Assembly (NCBI GenBank): GCA_013239625.1
Contig: MU054212.1
Coordinates: 8,641,084 to 8,705,083, forward strand
DNA length: 64,000 bases
Direction: 5' to 3'
From: Lama guanicoe
Lineage: Eukaryota
Below the pieces are notes generated by a model. It saw nothing but the letters and a program-made list of their open reading frames with translations. It was not told the DNA's origin and did not search any database. The translations under genes and the position numbers were made by a program. Below, one piece after another: positions 13,342 to 24,340 of the stretch (its first letter is position 1; each line of letters opens with the position of its first letter).

Positions 13342-13760
13342 TGTGTTAGGGTTCTCCAGAGAAACAAAACCAATAGGATGTATACACATATACACGGAAA
13401 GAGAGGGAGATTTTTTTTTTTAATTGGCTCATACAATTGTAGTGGCTAATAAATCCCAAGCCTGCAGAGGAGGCTGGCAAACTAGAGGCTCAGGGAAGAG
13501 CTGCTGTTCAAACCCAAAGGCAGTCTGCTGGCAGAATTCCTTCTTGTTCAAGGCAAGTCAGGCTCTGCTCTAGTAAGACTTTGAGTAACGGGTGAGGCCC
13601 ACTCACCTTATGGAGGGTAATCTGGTTGACTCCAAGTCCACCCATTCAAATGTTAATCTCATCCAACAAAACATCCAACAAAAACACTTTCACAGAAACA
13701 GCCAGAATAATGTGACCAAATATCTGTTCACGGCAGGCCAGCCAAGCTGACACATCATCA
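13342..13760 (-). mobile_element. MLT2 (ERVL) solo LTR
   Basis: tgtgttagggttctccagagaaacaaaaccaatagga...attggctcatacaattgt...aatgttaatctcatccaa...ccagccaagctgacaca. Confidence 0.85.
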
Positions 13761-14989
13761 CGCTTCCCCGCCATGATTTCTTAAGCTTCTTGAAGGATGA
13801 ACATTCGTATGGTCGCCAAACTAATATTTCTCCTGAGTGAGCTCAGTTTATGAATTATCAGGCCACCTCACATGTGCCATTAATGTGAAACTCAGCCCTT
13901 CCACCAAGTTCCAGCAAAACCAGGAAACTAACAGAATCCCTCTACTCACACAAGGCCTTTGTGAGTGTAATGGACATTAGTGAATGTCAGGGACACAGAA
14001 CGGGCTCTTTCCAGCAACACAAACTACTTCAAATTGCACAATAAACCCCCTGCCCTCTGACCCACTCTTTTCACTCCCCCTCCCTTTTCTGTTCTCCCCT
14101 CCCCCCAGATTATTGTTCATTTCTAATAAAAGGCAATTGGGGTGTTTCTACTGATTCCTTGATTCCTGCCAAACTCATTTTCCATCCCAGGGTGTTTTCC
14201 TCAATAAAGGAGTTGTCTGAGAAGAATTCCAGGACCAGCTGTAAACCATCACTTCATCTCAATCCTCCCAGCAACCTGTTTTCCCCATCAGTTTCGTTTA
14301 AACAGCCTCTCATTTCATTCCACTCCCCCTCAAATCATTCAAGGGAAGGAAAAACGCTGAAATCCACTACATTTAAAAACTACTAACTTCCTTCTAAAAG
14401 AGGAGGTGAAAAGTCAAGGGATAAACGCATGCTTTCTGCTGAGGATGGGGCAGATGGGGCAGATGGGGCAGAGGGTCCAGATGGTCGTGGCACCGGAGGG
14501 TGATCCGGATCTGGTTGAAGGACGCTACCGGGGGCAGACGCTTTGCAGAAATGTGACCCACAGACTCCAGCGGTTAAGGCTGGGGTCACTCTCTGAACCT
14601 TGGGTCCCCAGCCCCCACCCCAGTGCTGTGACTGTCGGATGGTGAAGGCAGCTTGCCTTTGACACCTCCTACCTCCAGTTTGAGGGTCTTCTGTTGGAGA
14701 TTCTTCTCTGTTGAAATTCACTATATTATTTCATTTCCCTCTCAAGTCCCTGTCATGTTGGAAAGTAATGTAATCAATGAAACCCAGCTGATGCCTGCAG
14801 TGGTTTAATCTACCACCTTGCAGAAAATACTCATATTTAATAGACAACTCCTAAAAATGCCATGTTTGCTATTGTTCCGATAGGAAGGCAGGTTTAACGG
14901 TGGGCTTTCTCACCAGTGGGAGAGATATTTGGGGACAAATGCCTTCCTTGCCGCCCTTCAAGCCTCACTATGGAGCCTCGGTCACCTGA

Positions 14990-15660
14990 CCTGGGGTGGC
15001 GGACAGCTGGTGAGGACCAGAGAGCAACCCCAAAGCCCAGCTCAAAGCGGGCCGTGCCCAGGCGGCTGGCACAAGGTACCCGACGCGGACTACGGGTGAG
15101 GTGAAGCCCTGCACCGATACTGATCGTGGACCAAGAAGGGGCCGGGCAGGGGCTGCCCACGGACCACTCTGCCGGGCACTGCACCCACCTTGCTTTCCCG
15201 TGGTCTCTGCGCTGCCGCCGCTTCGAGTCCAGGGCGGGGAGCAGGCTGTGCTGCGGAACTGCGTCCCTCCGGCTGCAACACAAGACACGAGGGGTCGGAG
15301 CAGCGCCCGGGTCCCGTGTTGTAGCCCGAGGTCTCACACGGTGTCATGGTGGGCCCAGCCTGCGGGCACTTGCCCCGCTGCCTCTTCCAGGTGGGCGCCC
15401 GGCTTGGCCTTGGGGAGTCCATCTTGCTGTGGACTCGGGAGGAGCAGGCTGCAAAACCACAGAGGTCGGCCTCGGGATGGGGCGCCGAGACCTGGGCTGT
15501 CCTCGCGGCAGCAGGAGGGTAAACCGAGGGCCCCAGCCTGGCTGCCTCCCGCACGAGCCCTGCCCGGGGCGCCGTGGGTGCTGCGCGCTCCAGGCGCGCC
15601 GCTCAGCCTGACGGACCCGCTCGGAGAACGCACGTGCTCAGAGAACAGCCGTGCTCACAC
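14990..15660. promoter_or_regulatory. CpG island containing miR-187
   Basis: Abrupt rise in GC and CpG density relative to the flanks. Confidence 0.8.
15252..15360 (-). ncRNA. MIR187: microRNA precursor miR-187 (3p arm 15269-15290, 5p arm 15305-15326)
   Basis: Reverse complement of 15269-15290 is UCGUGUCUUGUGUUGCAGCCGG (miR-187-3p). The 5p arm GGCUACAACACGGGACCCGGGC pairs with it as a long stem. Synteny with C18orf21 matches human. Confidence 0.98.
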
Positions 15661-16959
15661 ATACCTAGCTGTCCACATGCCTTTTCCTTCCAAAAATGAA
15701 TTATGGCTGTTTACAAGCCACTAATTACAGTTTATTACAACAATACTTCCTAGGAAATGGGTTCTTACTCTAATGCTATGATGAGAATTTTATAAATGCC
15801 AGACTAGTACAATGAATTGCCCTGAATTATAATAAATACCTGTGCTTCGGGAGTAAGGCAATAAACACAACATTATTGCTATCCATTTCCGATGGGCCTA
15901 TGGAGGATTTATTACTTATTTATGGCCTATTTTTATTCAAAAACTCCTACATATCATTTTCATGTGGCTTCTTTTTGGTGAGTCATTTCTGGGTTTTCTT
16001 GCAAAATAAAAAAGGTCGGTCCAGAATCAAAAAAGCACCCAACTTCAATTACCCAAAGGTGACCCACTGCAATTTCTCCTCCAGACTCCCTGCTGGCTAA
16101 ACTCTTTGTGGAAATCATGGACTGAGGACTGGCAGAGGAGTAAACTGTGGTGTTGTCCACTCTACTTTTGCTCCAATAAAGCAGCCTGTCAGCCTTGTTC
16201 AAGAAGGCAGTAGGCTTTGAGCGCAGGTTGGACATATAAAAGTTTGGAAATTAAATGTCACATGGTTTTCTCCCAATAAAAGAAGACAAGAATTCCACAG
16301 ACCCACCAAGTAGGAGAAAGAGGAAGAACAATATCGTGTCCACATTTTACCCAGAAACTTAAAACTGAAGAGTTTCAAAGGAAAAAAAAAATCCCTTTTC
16401 CTGCCTAGATGATCTAAAAGAGTTACGAGGATTGGTCCCACATGACTTAAATCCTCACCACCGTCTCTGAGTATGTGTGTGTAGTGCCTGGGAGGCACAC
16501 ACTCCCCAAATAAGTTATCTTTTTCCCAAAACCCCTTCACAAGCCAGGACTACATCAGGTCCTGGGGAAACAACAGAGAACACACAGTGGTCCAGGCCCT
16601 GCCGGCTGCCTCCCCACTTCTCTCCCCTACCTCTTCCTCTCCAGCAGAACCTGATGGGTGTCCAGGGGCTATGACCCAGCATCCCTTGTAGCTGGTGGCC
16701 TGTGACATCGTTTCAGCCATGAAGGATTGAAGCTATTCTTTTTCTGTTGTCATGAGGGCTGACGAGCATAGGCATGTGCTTTTTGGCTTTCGGCCTTCAC
16801 TTTCTAGAATCCTGCCTAGAATATGGATGTCCTGCCTGGAAGCCATCTTTGGAGCAGGAGTAAGGAGCCTGTGTCCTCCACGGGCCACACCCTAGCCCTC
16901 ACCTCCTGCCTCCAGGCTTCTAGCTACATCCATGCGTTCATTCCAGGAATATTACCATA

Positions 16960-17260
16960 GTTGCTCCTACAGCCTGCGTTCTACCAGACACTGAGGATAC
17001 AGAAGGAGCAAGGCAAACGAAGACCCCATCCTTACAGAGGTCACATTCTGGGGGAGACAGACATAGTATATGAATAAAGAAGCAAATATATGATGGAAGG
17101 GAAGACATCTGGGGAGAAAAATAAAGCAGAACCAGGGGGCTGGCGGGTGCAGGGCAGGAGAGGTGCTGCGGTGACCTGAGATCTGAAGGAAGACAGGGCA
17201 CGGACCATATGATGTCTGCCATGAGGAGAGAGGGAGGGAGGAAGAGAGAAAGAGCAGACT
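16960..17260 (-). mobile_element. L2 LINE 3' fragment
   Basis: ccagacactgaggatacagaagg...ccccatccttacagaggtcacattctgggggagacagaca...gacctgagatctgaagga. Confidence 0.55.
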
Positions 17261-19739
17261 TCGTCAATATTACAGGCTTGAGAAAAGAATCAGCGGATGG
17301 CAGTAGAGACGGAAAGGATTACTGTTTTGTTTTCTGCCCTCTTGGATGTTAAATAGAATTGCACTCAACTGTATGGAACAGAAAACTGACCCCCTTAAAA
17401 ACAGGCAAGAGGCCTCTTTCCTCACTCCCATGCCCAATGGGGAAGGCTCACTGTCCCCTCTGCTCACCTCCTCCAAGATGCTCCCAACTCCTGTGAACTT
17501 GCCCTCCCTAAGCTCCTGGAGTGAGGGGGGATTTCAGCCTTCTTACACATGCGCTCTCCAGGGTCTCTGGGCTTTTCTGTCCTGTATCTCCTGGAATCAT
17601 TCACTTTCTAAGACTCTGTTGTGTTCTCAGGGCTCAGGACAGGACCTCTGAGAAAGGAGACATGTCACAGAGCCACCATGCAGTGGCCCACTTCTGGCTG
17701 GTGAGATCTCTGTTTAGAAAGGCCAGAAACCCGATATTATCTGTCCCCAAGGGGCTGATTTATTCTGACAAAACTCAGAAGAAATTGAAACTCTGCACAC
17801 GATGAACTTGCCTTTGAAAAACAGCAGAAGCGAGCTGGTGTTACAGTTAAGCAATAAAGCTTTACTTGTCTTAAGCAAGTGAAGGTTTCCCAGCGCTAAT
17901 CAGCATGTCTGACTGTGAATATGTGTGGCACCCTGTGGTGTATTTTGAGAAATTAAGGGACACAGAGTCAGGCCGGACCCTGTGGTCATGCAACGGTGAA
18001 GGGGCTCAAACTCCAGTGCGCAGCAGACGGGGAGGCCGCTACGCACAACCCCCAGAAACAGACCCAGAGGCCGTAGACACGCCCTGCCTGTTTGCATGAT
18101 GCTGGGAGAGCTTGTCCCTGGAAACCAGCAGAGCCCCAGCCCGTGGGAGCCCCTGCACCTGCCCCACAGCACATCCTCCAGGTGCTGTGGGCTGGGCTTC
18201 TGACTAGGGGCACGTGGGCTCACCTAGAACAGCAGAGGGAGAGCAGTGAGCCCAACAGGAGGTGGGCCAGCAGAGAGCTCTGGGCCCAGTCAGGCTGCAA
18301 GGTGACCCGGGAGGCCTTAACAGTGGAGAGAGGCGGTGTTGCAGGAAGAGGTGGACAAGACCAGCCTCCTGCCTGCCCTTGCTGCCTGCCTTCCACCCCA
18401 ACCCCTCTCTTCATGGACCTGGAGGGAACCAATTGTCTCTCCGACGCCCACGCTGAGATGGGGCTGCCTGGCTTGTCTGCACCAACGAGAGATCAGAGTG
18501 AAGAGAGAATGGGAATGGGAGAGAAAAGCTGAGAGCAAAACTCAAAGCCCTTGGAGCCCACCTGCAGGATGGAGGACACAGAAACCAGCGCACCAGAAGG
18601 GCAGCAGGCCGAGGACAAAGGGGAAAAGATGCTTTGGTTAAATCAAAGAGCATCGGGAGCAGGTGGAGCTTGTTGCAGGCAGAAGGTCAGGGGCCTCCTC
18701 AAGATCAGTGACATCTGGAATGGGGAAGAAAGGACTCAGAAAAATAGGAGCAGAATTGACTTACTGCGTGGCCAGTGGCCTTGGTGAAGGGCGGGTGGAT
18801 TTCAGGGCAGACATGGCCCCACCGAGCCTCCTGGCAGCTTCCTCACTGGGCATGGCTGGGATGGCACAGGCAGGGCGGACTGAGGCCTACAATAAGAGGG
18901 CAGTGGGCAGACCCCACCCCGGGCTGTGCATTGGGGGTGCAGGTGTCCCCCTGCAGGGAGAGAGCTCATGACAACCTGCCAGGGAGTGTGGGAGGGGAAA
19001 GGGCAGGGCCAGAGACCGGAGCAGTGAAGTGTCTGCAAAGGCTTGGCCTCCTGGGGAGATGGGCTCCTGACCCCTCCCTGCCTCTCATGGGGCTGCCCTC
19101 AGAGTGTCCCCAGCCGGTCACACAGATGTCCTAGCATGGCAGATTCAGTGGAGGGGGCACCAGAACAAGAGTAGCTGTCACCCATCCCTGCTGGGCCTGG
19201 CCCAGGGCCTGACTTCAGGGAAGACCAGGGAACCTTAAGGGAGGTGGTGAAGTAAGGGAAAGAAAGATGGGGCCAAAGGCACTCCTCGTTCCCTGGAGCT
19301 CTAGAAACCTCTTGAAGGCTGGCAAATAAGCCAGAGACCGTAGAGCGACTTGAGAAATGACAAAGTCAGAAACGTTTGAAATGGCCATCATTATTCAATC
19401 TGGTGGACGACGGCGGGAGCACCAGGGAAACAGGCCCATTTGCCTTCCATTTTCTGCAGGTTCTTATTTGTACTCTATTTTCTTCTATTTATTTTTATAT
19501 GCTAAAAAAAAAGCCTCGACATTAAATAGTTACCTTTCATCCATTTGTAATTCTCTCCCTCTGGGGTGCCATAAATTTCTTTTATATTATTATCATATTA
19601 GAGAACCTAATATGTTTTCTCCCCTTGCCTCCAAAGCATGAGGCTCACAGATGCTTCCAAAGCAGGATGGAAGACTGCAGGTCTGGCTTACGGCATTTAA
19701 CGGAACGGACCCATTGGTAAAACCGCTATGCCTAGTTTG

Positions 19740-19944
19740 GGGTTCTTTCGTTTATTTGTTTTTCAGTTGAAGTGCAGTCGATTTACAATGTTGTGTTGAT
19801 TTCTGGTGCACAGTATGGTGATTCAGTTATACATATATATTATATATATATATTCCTTTTCACATTCTTTTTCTTATAGGCTATTGCAAGGTATTGAATA
19901 TAGTTCCCTGTGCTATATGGTAGGACCTTGTTGTTTATCTATTT
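19740..19944 (-). mobile_element. L1 3'-end fragment with TSD
   Basis: Antisense of the 9296/26898 family; TSD CTATGCCTA(G/T)TTTG at 19726-19739 and 19945-19958. Confidence 0.85.
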
Positions 19945-20139
19945 CTATGCCTATTTTGAATGAGAAAAGAAAGACTATATACTTTAGCTTCTACCATGTT
20001 ATTTAGAGGAAGAGGCAGAGTGAGGGAGAAGTACTGACCTAAAGTAAAAAAAAAACAAAAACAAAAAGAGAGAGAGAGAGACAGAAAGAAAGGAAAGAGA
20101 GAGAGAAAAAAGAAGCGTGAATTCTACACTGTGATGTCC

Positions 20140-20400
20140 TTACTCTGGGACTTCAGACAAATCACTTACACTTTCTAAGCCTCAGTTTCCTCCTCTGCAA
20201 AATGGGGATATTAAAACCTGTCCTGGCCTCTGCACAGGGCTGTTTTTACAGGTAGTGTAGCATAGGGTCTTCTCTGCTACCCCTGATATGGCAGTGAGCA
20301 CTAAACCTGTCCTGGCCTCTGCACAGGGCTGTTTTTACAGGTAGTGTAGCATAGGGTCTTCTCTGCTACCCCTGATATGGCAGTGAGCACTAACAATAAA
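20140..20400 (+). mobile_element. MIR SINE fragment containing a tandem duplication
   Basis: acaaatcacttacactttctaagcctcagtttcctcctctgcaaaatggggata. Confidence 0.7.
20214..20391. repeat. Perfect 89-bp tandem duplication
   Basis: 20214-20302 is identical to 20303-20391. Confidence 0.95.
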
Positions 20401-21193
20401 ATGTTCTATTGATGTAAGATATTAGCAGAATTATTATTTAAGGAAATTATTCATGCTGAGATTCATTTAATGAACATTTATTGAGCTTCAAGTGTGTGCC
20501 TGGCCCTCCCTGTGCCAAGCACGGGAAATAAGGTGGTAAACCCCGCCACGTGTTCAGGCCCGGTGGTCAGGTTCTGTTACCTGCAGCCAAATGTGATCCC
20601 ATTTCATATTTAAAGGGACAGGGGAGAGGTTAAGCATGTGGGCTGAGCCAGGGCCTCAGCTTTGGAGCCAGAATGTTCTGGATTCAAAGCTAGTTTATGA
20701 GCTGTGTAACCTGGGGACCATTACATAGTCCCTGTGAGAGCAAGTTTCTCCATCTTTAAAATGGGAGTGATGGTGCCGCTTTTACGGGATGGCCAGGAGG
20801 GGGCTGCGGAGTCCTGTGACAAAGAACTTGCCCCTGGCACAGACGGAGCGGCCAGAAGGCAGTACCTGCCATTGCTGTCACAGACACCAGTGATGCTCTT
20901 TCTTTCATGGTGACACAGTTAGAGGTGACGTGATGGCTTACTCCCAGGAGGTGACTCTCAGTCCTTTCCTTGCTGGTGGTCAGTCTAGATCCCACCTGGC
21001 TGGGGACTCTCTACTCCCTCCACCTCCAGAAGGCACCTCCAGAAGGATGAACTGAGGATGGACCACATGCTCATGAGAGGTCAGAGAAGGGGAAGATCAT
21101 AGTGGCCGCCATGTGGCCTGGCTCCTGTACATAGTAGAGCTCGGCTTCCTCGGCCAAGTGAACAAACCACAAGGGTCTGACTTGAGGGGTCTT

Positions 21194-21342
21194 TTTGTTG
21201 TTATTGTTGTTGTTTTATTTTATGAGGGGGAGGTAATTAGGTTTATTTACTTATTTACATTTGGAGGAGGTACTGGGAATTGAACCCCAGACCTTGTGCA
21301 TGCTAAGCATGTGCTTTACCACTTGAGCTATACCTTCCCCCC
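21194..21342 (-). mobile_element. Vic-1-like camelid tRNA-derived SINE
   Basis: Antisense of ggggggaaggtatagctcaagtggtaaagcacatgcttagcatgcacaaggtctggggttcaattcccagtacctcc with A and B boxes; near-TSD gaggggtctt/gaagggtctt. Confidence 0.9.
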
Positions 21343-23659
21343 AGAAGGGTCTTGACCAACTGTAGCAATAGGTTTCGAACTCACAGCTAGGCATGGTTAC
21401 CTGCTGGGGAGCTTCAAGCCGCATCTTATGAAACCACATAGGATCAGTTCAAAACGGCAAAATGTCACCCTGCAGGTAAGACAGATTTAGTTGATTAATT
21501 TCAAAACATTGAGGTTGGAGAACGGGAGAATGTCTTGGAGGCTGGGTCTCCCTCCCTGCTGAAACCCAGACAATCTTATCAGACATCTGCCCTCTCTATC
21601 CTGCCATCCTCTGACCAAAAGTGAGGCTCACCCCGCTCCAACTTAACTGGCATAGGCTTGCTAGACTCCCTGAAACTATTTAAACATTTCCACTTCCCCT
21701 CTCCAGGCCTTCTACCTGGACCCCTGCGGTGGCCTCCTAGTTAGGGGCCATCATAATCCTGTCTATTTGTCCCCCCTAATTCCACCTCTGATAGTCACTC
21801 CACATCCCAAAGAACAAAGCTTCACTTCTTAGCTCGGCATTTAAAAATGCTTTTCAGTCTGGTCTCTGCCCACCTCCAGCTCCTCCTCCATCAATTTCAT
21901 AGCCCAGAGAAACACTGCTTCCTTGGCCCCCGCTCCCCAACTTTGCCCACACACCGTCCCCTCCTTCCAAGGGGAGCTCCGGGTCCCTTCTCATTAGACA
22001 CCCTCATGTCTCACCTCCTCAAGTGCTAAGATTGAACAACGTTTTTGACACTTCCTTATACGATAGGACTTTTTAAACAAACAAATCTTTTTTAAATCCC
22101 CAGTTATAAACTCCATTAAATCAGGAACTGAATCACATATGACTTTGTGTGCCCTATAGTCCCTAAGTTACCTTGAACGTGGAGGGTTTGTAATAAATAT
22201 TTGTTGGACAAATGAATATTTAATTACTTTATAAAAGTTCCTCTGTTTATCATGAAAATGGCCTTCTTTCTTCCATGGTCACAAAACAATTCAATATCTC
22301 AGAAGCTTTTGCTGGTATCATTTTCTTGAGCACAGTTATTAATAATTTGTCTTAAAATGTTCGTTTAAGTGCCTCACACGAAGATAAGAGGTCTGTTTTT
22401 CTGTTGGTGCACATCCTCAGCTGTAATTATCTGTCATAAGAGGCATGAAGAGGTGTGAAGATGAAAGCTCGAAAGGTCAGAGATGCCACTTCGAAATCCT
22501 GAAATGGGAAGCAATTATCAGCAGCCTTGAGAGCCGGGGTGGAGGGGGCACAATTAATCACGTGTGAGGCTATTTGTTCTCACGTCATAGAATTCTGTCT
22601 CCCTCCCCCAGCCCAGCCCAACACACAGCACACGTGCAGCAGAGCCAGCCTTCTCCCTGCTGGCAAACAGTTACCCACAAATGCACATCTTTGTGGGTGA
22701 CCAAAGTGTGCTCTTTCCAGGACCAGAATTCCACAACACGTGAGGCTCCAGACAGGACTGCCCAGTCTTCCCAAGCATGAAAGTCTCAACCCGATTCGAC
22801 CTTCCATGTATCGCAGTGTCATTTTCGTGAACATTATTCAGTCTGCTGTGAAGTCACACTGTGATTTTCTCAGAAGCTCTGTGCTCTTTCCTCTCACTTT
22901 GCTAAAATATTTAGTTTCTGTATCTGCTTTTCATAGTTTGCCAATCTCCCCATGACTGTCAGATGCTCTGTGGTCACTTTGTGAGGGGACAGCCTGCAGA
23001 AGCAATCCCCGCTCCAGCCCGGCCTGTTTGCAAAGGCCACCAAGTTGGTCGAGGCTGTGTCTGAGCAAGAACCGTGTTACTAAGGGGGAGAACTACTGGT
23101 CCTTGTTACAGGTATTCCCGAAGGTCTGAGGCCTTTTCCTGCTTGCTCCCTCGCTCCCTAGAAAGTTCAAGTTGTAAGCTGAGAGGTCCCAGTTCCAAAT
23201 GGAGGTGGCAGGCATGCTCTGTAGCGGTGTGTAGATAATCTACACTTTGTGTTTCAGCACAACAGCATCATTTATCATTATTAAATTACTGCCACTAATT
23301 TGAATTTTATTGGTTTTGTAACTTTTATTATATTCACTTAGAAATTTGTACATGAGCTGATACGAGTTTAATTAGCATTACAATAATAAATTCAACCCTA
23401 GGGAGCCAAGAAGAAGTTTTCTCAGTTCTGCCTTGCAAAATCTTTCTCTGACACAGCCTGCTCACTGCGAGGTTTTTCATTGACTCTGTTCTTGCCTACG
23501 TGTTATTACTGGTGCAGACTGACTGGCAGTAAACATTTGTTCCAAAGACATCTCTGATGACCCACTGGGGAACTAGGTTGTAAGTCTAGAAAGGGGTCAC
23601 TCAGATCACCCAGGGTGTGCTGACACTTGTCTCTTTATTACCATCAAAATATCCACATC

Positions 23660-24210
23660 ATTTTTAATTAAACTTCTTATTTTGAGAAAACTGTAGATTC
23701 ACATGCAGTTGTAAGAAAAAATACCAAGAGATGCCACGTATCCTTCACCCAGTTTCCGTAGTGGTAACATCTTATAAAACTGTAGCAAGATCACAGCCAG
23801 GACACAGACATTGACAGCATCCATGACAGAGCACGGACCTTAATCAGATTTCACCACCTGAACATGCACTGACTCATTTGTGTTTATTTTTGTGTGTATT
23901 TAGCTCTCTGCAGTTTCATTGTGTGTCTAGTTTCCACCACAATCCAGACCTGGATCGGTTCCATCACCACAAGGACCCCTAGAACTATCCTTTTATAACC
24001 ACACACCTCCCCACACCGGCTGCACCCACCCCACCCCCCGAACCCCTGGCAACCACCAATCTATTCTCCAAATCCATAGTTTGGTCATTTCAAGATGCTT
24101 ATATAAATGGAACCATACAGTGTGCAACATTTTAGGACTGGCTTTTTTACTTAGTATAATTCGTTAAGATCCATCCCAAGTGTAGTAGGTATGAAGAGTT
24201 CATTCTTTTT
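23660..24210 (-). mobile_element. L1M 3' end fragment
   Basis: ttttgagaaaactgtagattcacatgcagttgtaagaaa...cccctggcaaccaccaatctattctcc...atataaatggaaccatacag. Confidence 0.75.
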
Positions 24211-24219
24211 ATGGGAGTT

Positions 24220-24340
24220 GGGGGAAGGCAGGTATATCTCAGTGGTAGAGTGTGTGCCTAGCATGCATAAGGTCCTGCATTCAATCCCCATTATCTCCAT
24301 TAAAAAAAAAAGTTTAAGAAATTACTTAAACTAAAAAAAA
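24220..24340 (+). mobile_element. Vic-1-like SINE
   Basis: ggtatatctcagtggtagagtgtgtgcctagcatgcataaggtcctgcattcaatcccc plus A tail. Confidence 0.85.

Noticed and set aside
14894..15724. Cluster of 100-207 aa ORFs on both strands
   Set aside because: Stop-codon depletion in a GC-rich CpG island; low-complexity Arg/Pro/Gly/Ala translations; the region is explained by miR-187
17900..19134. Many overlapping ORFs in a GC-rich segment
   Set aside because: No recognisable protein similarity or consistent exon structure; composition effect
21021..21046. 13-bp tandem repeat CACCTCCAGAAGG x2 (similar small duplications at 13661, 53767, 60208)
   Set aside because: Ordinary slippage duplications with no further structure
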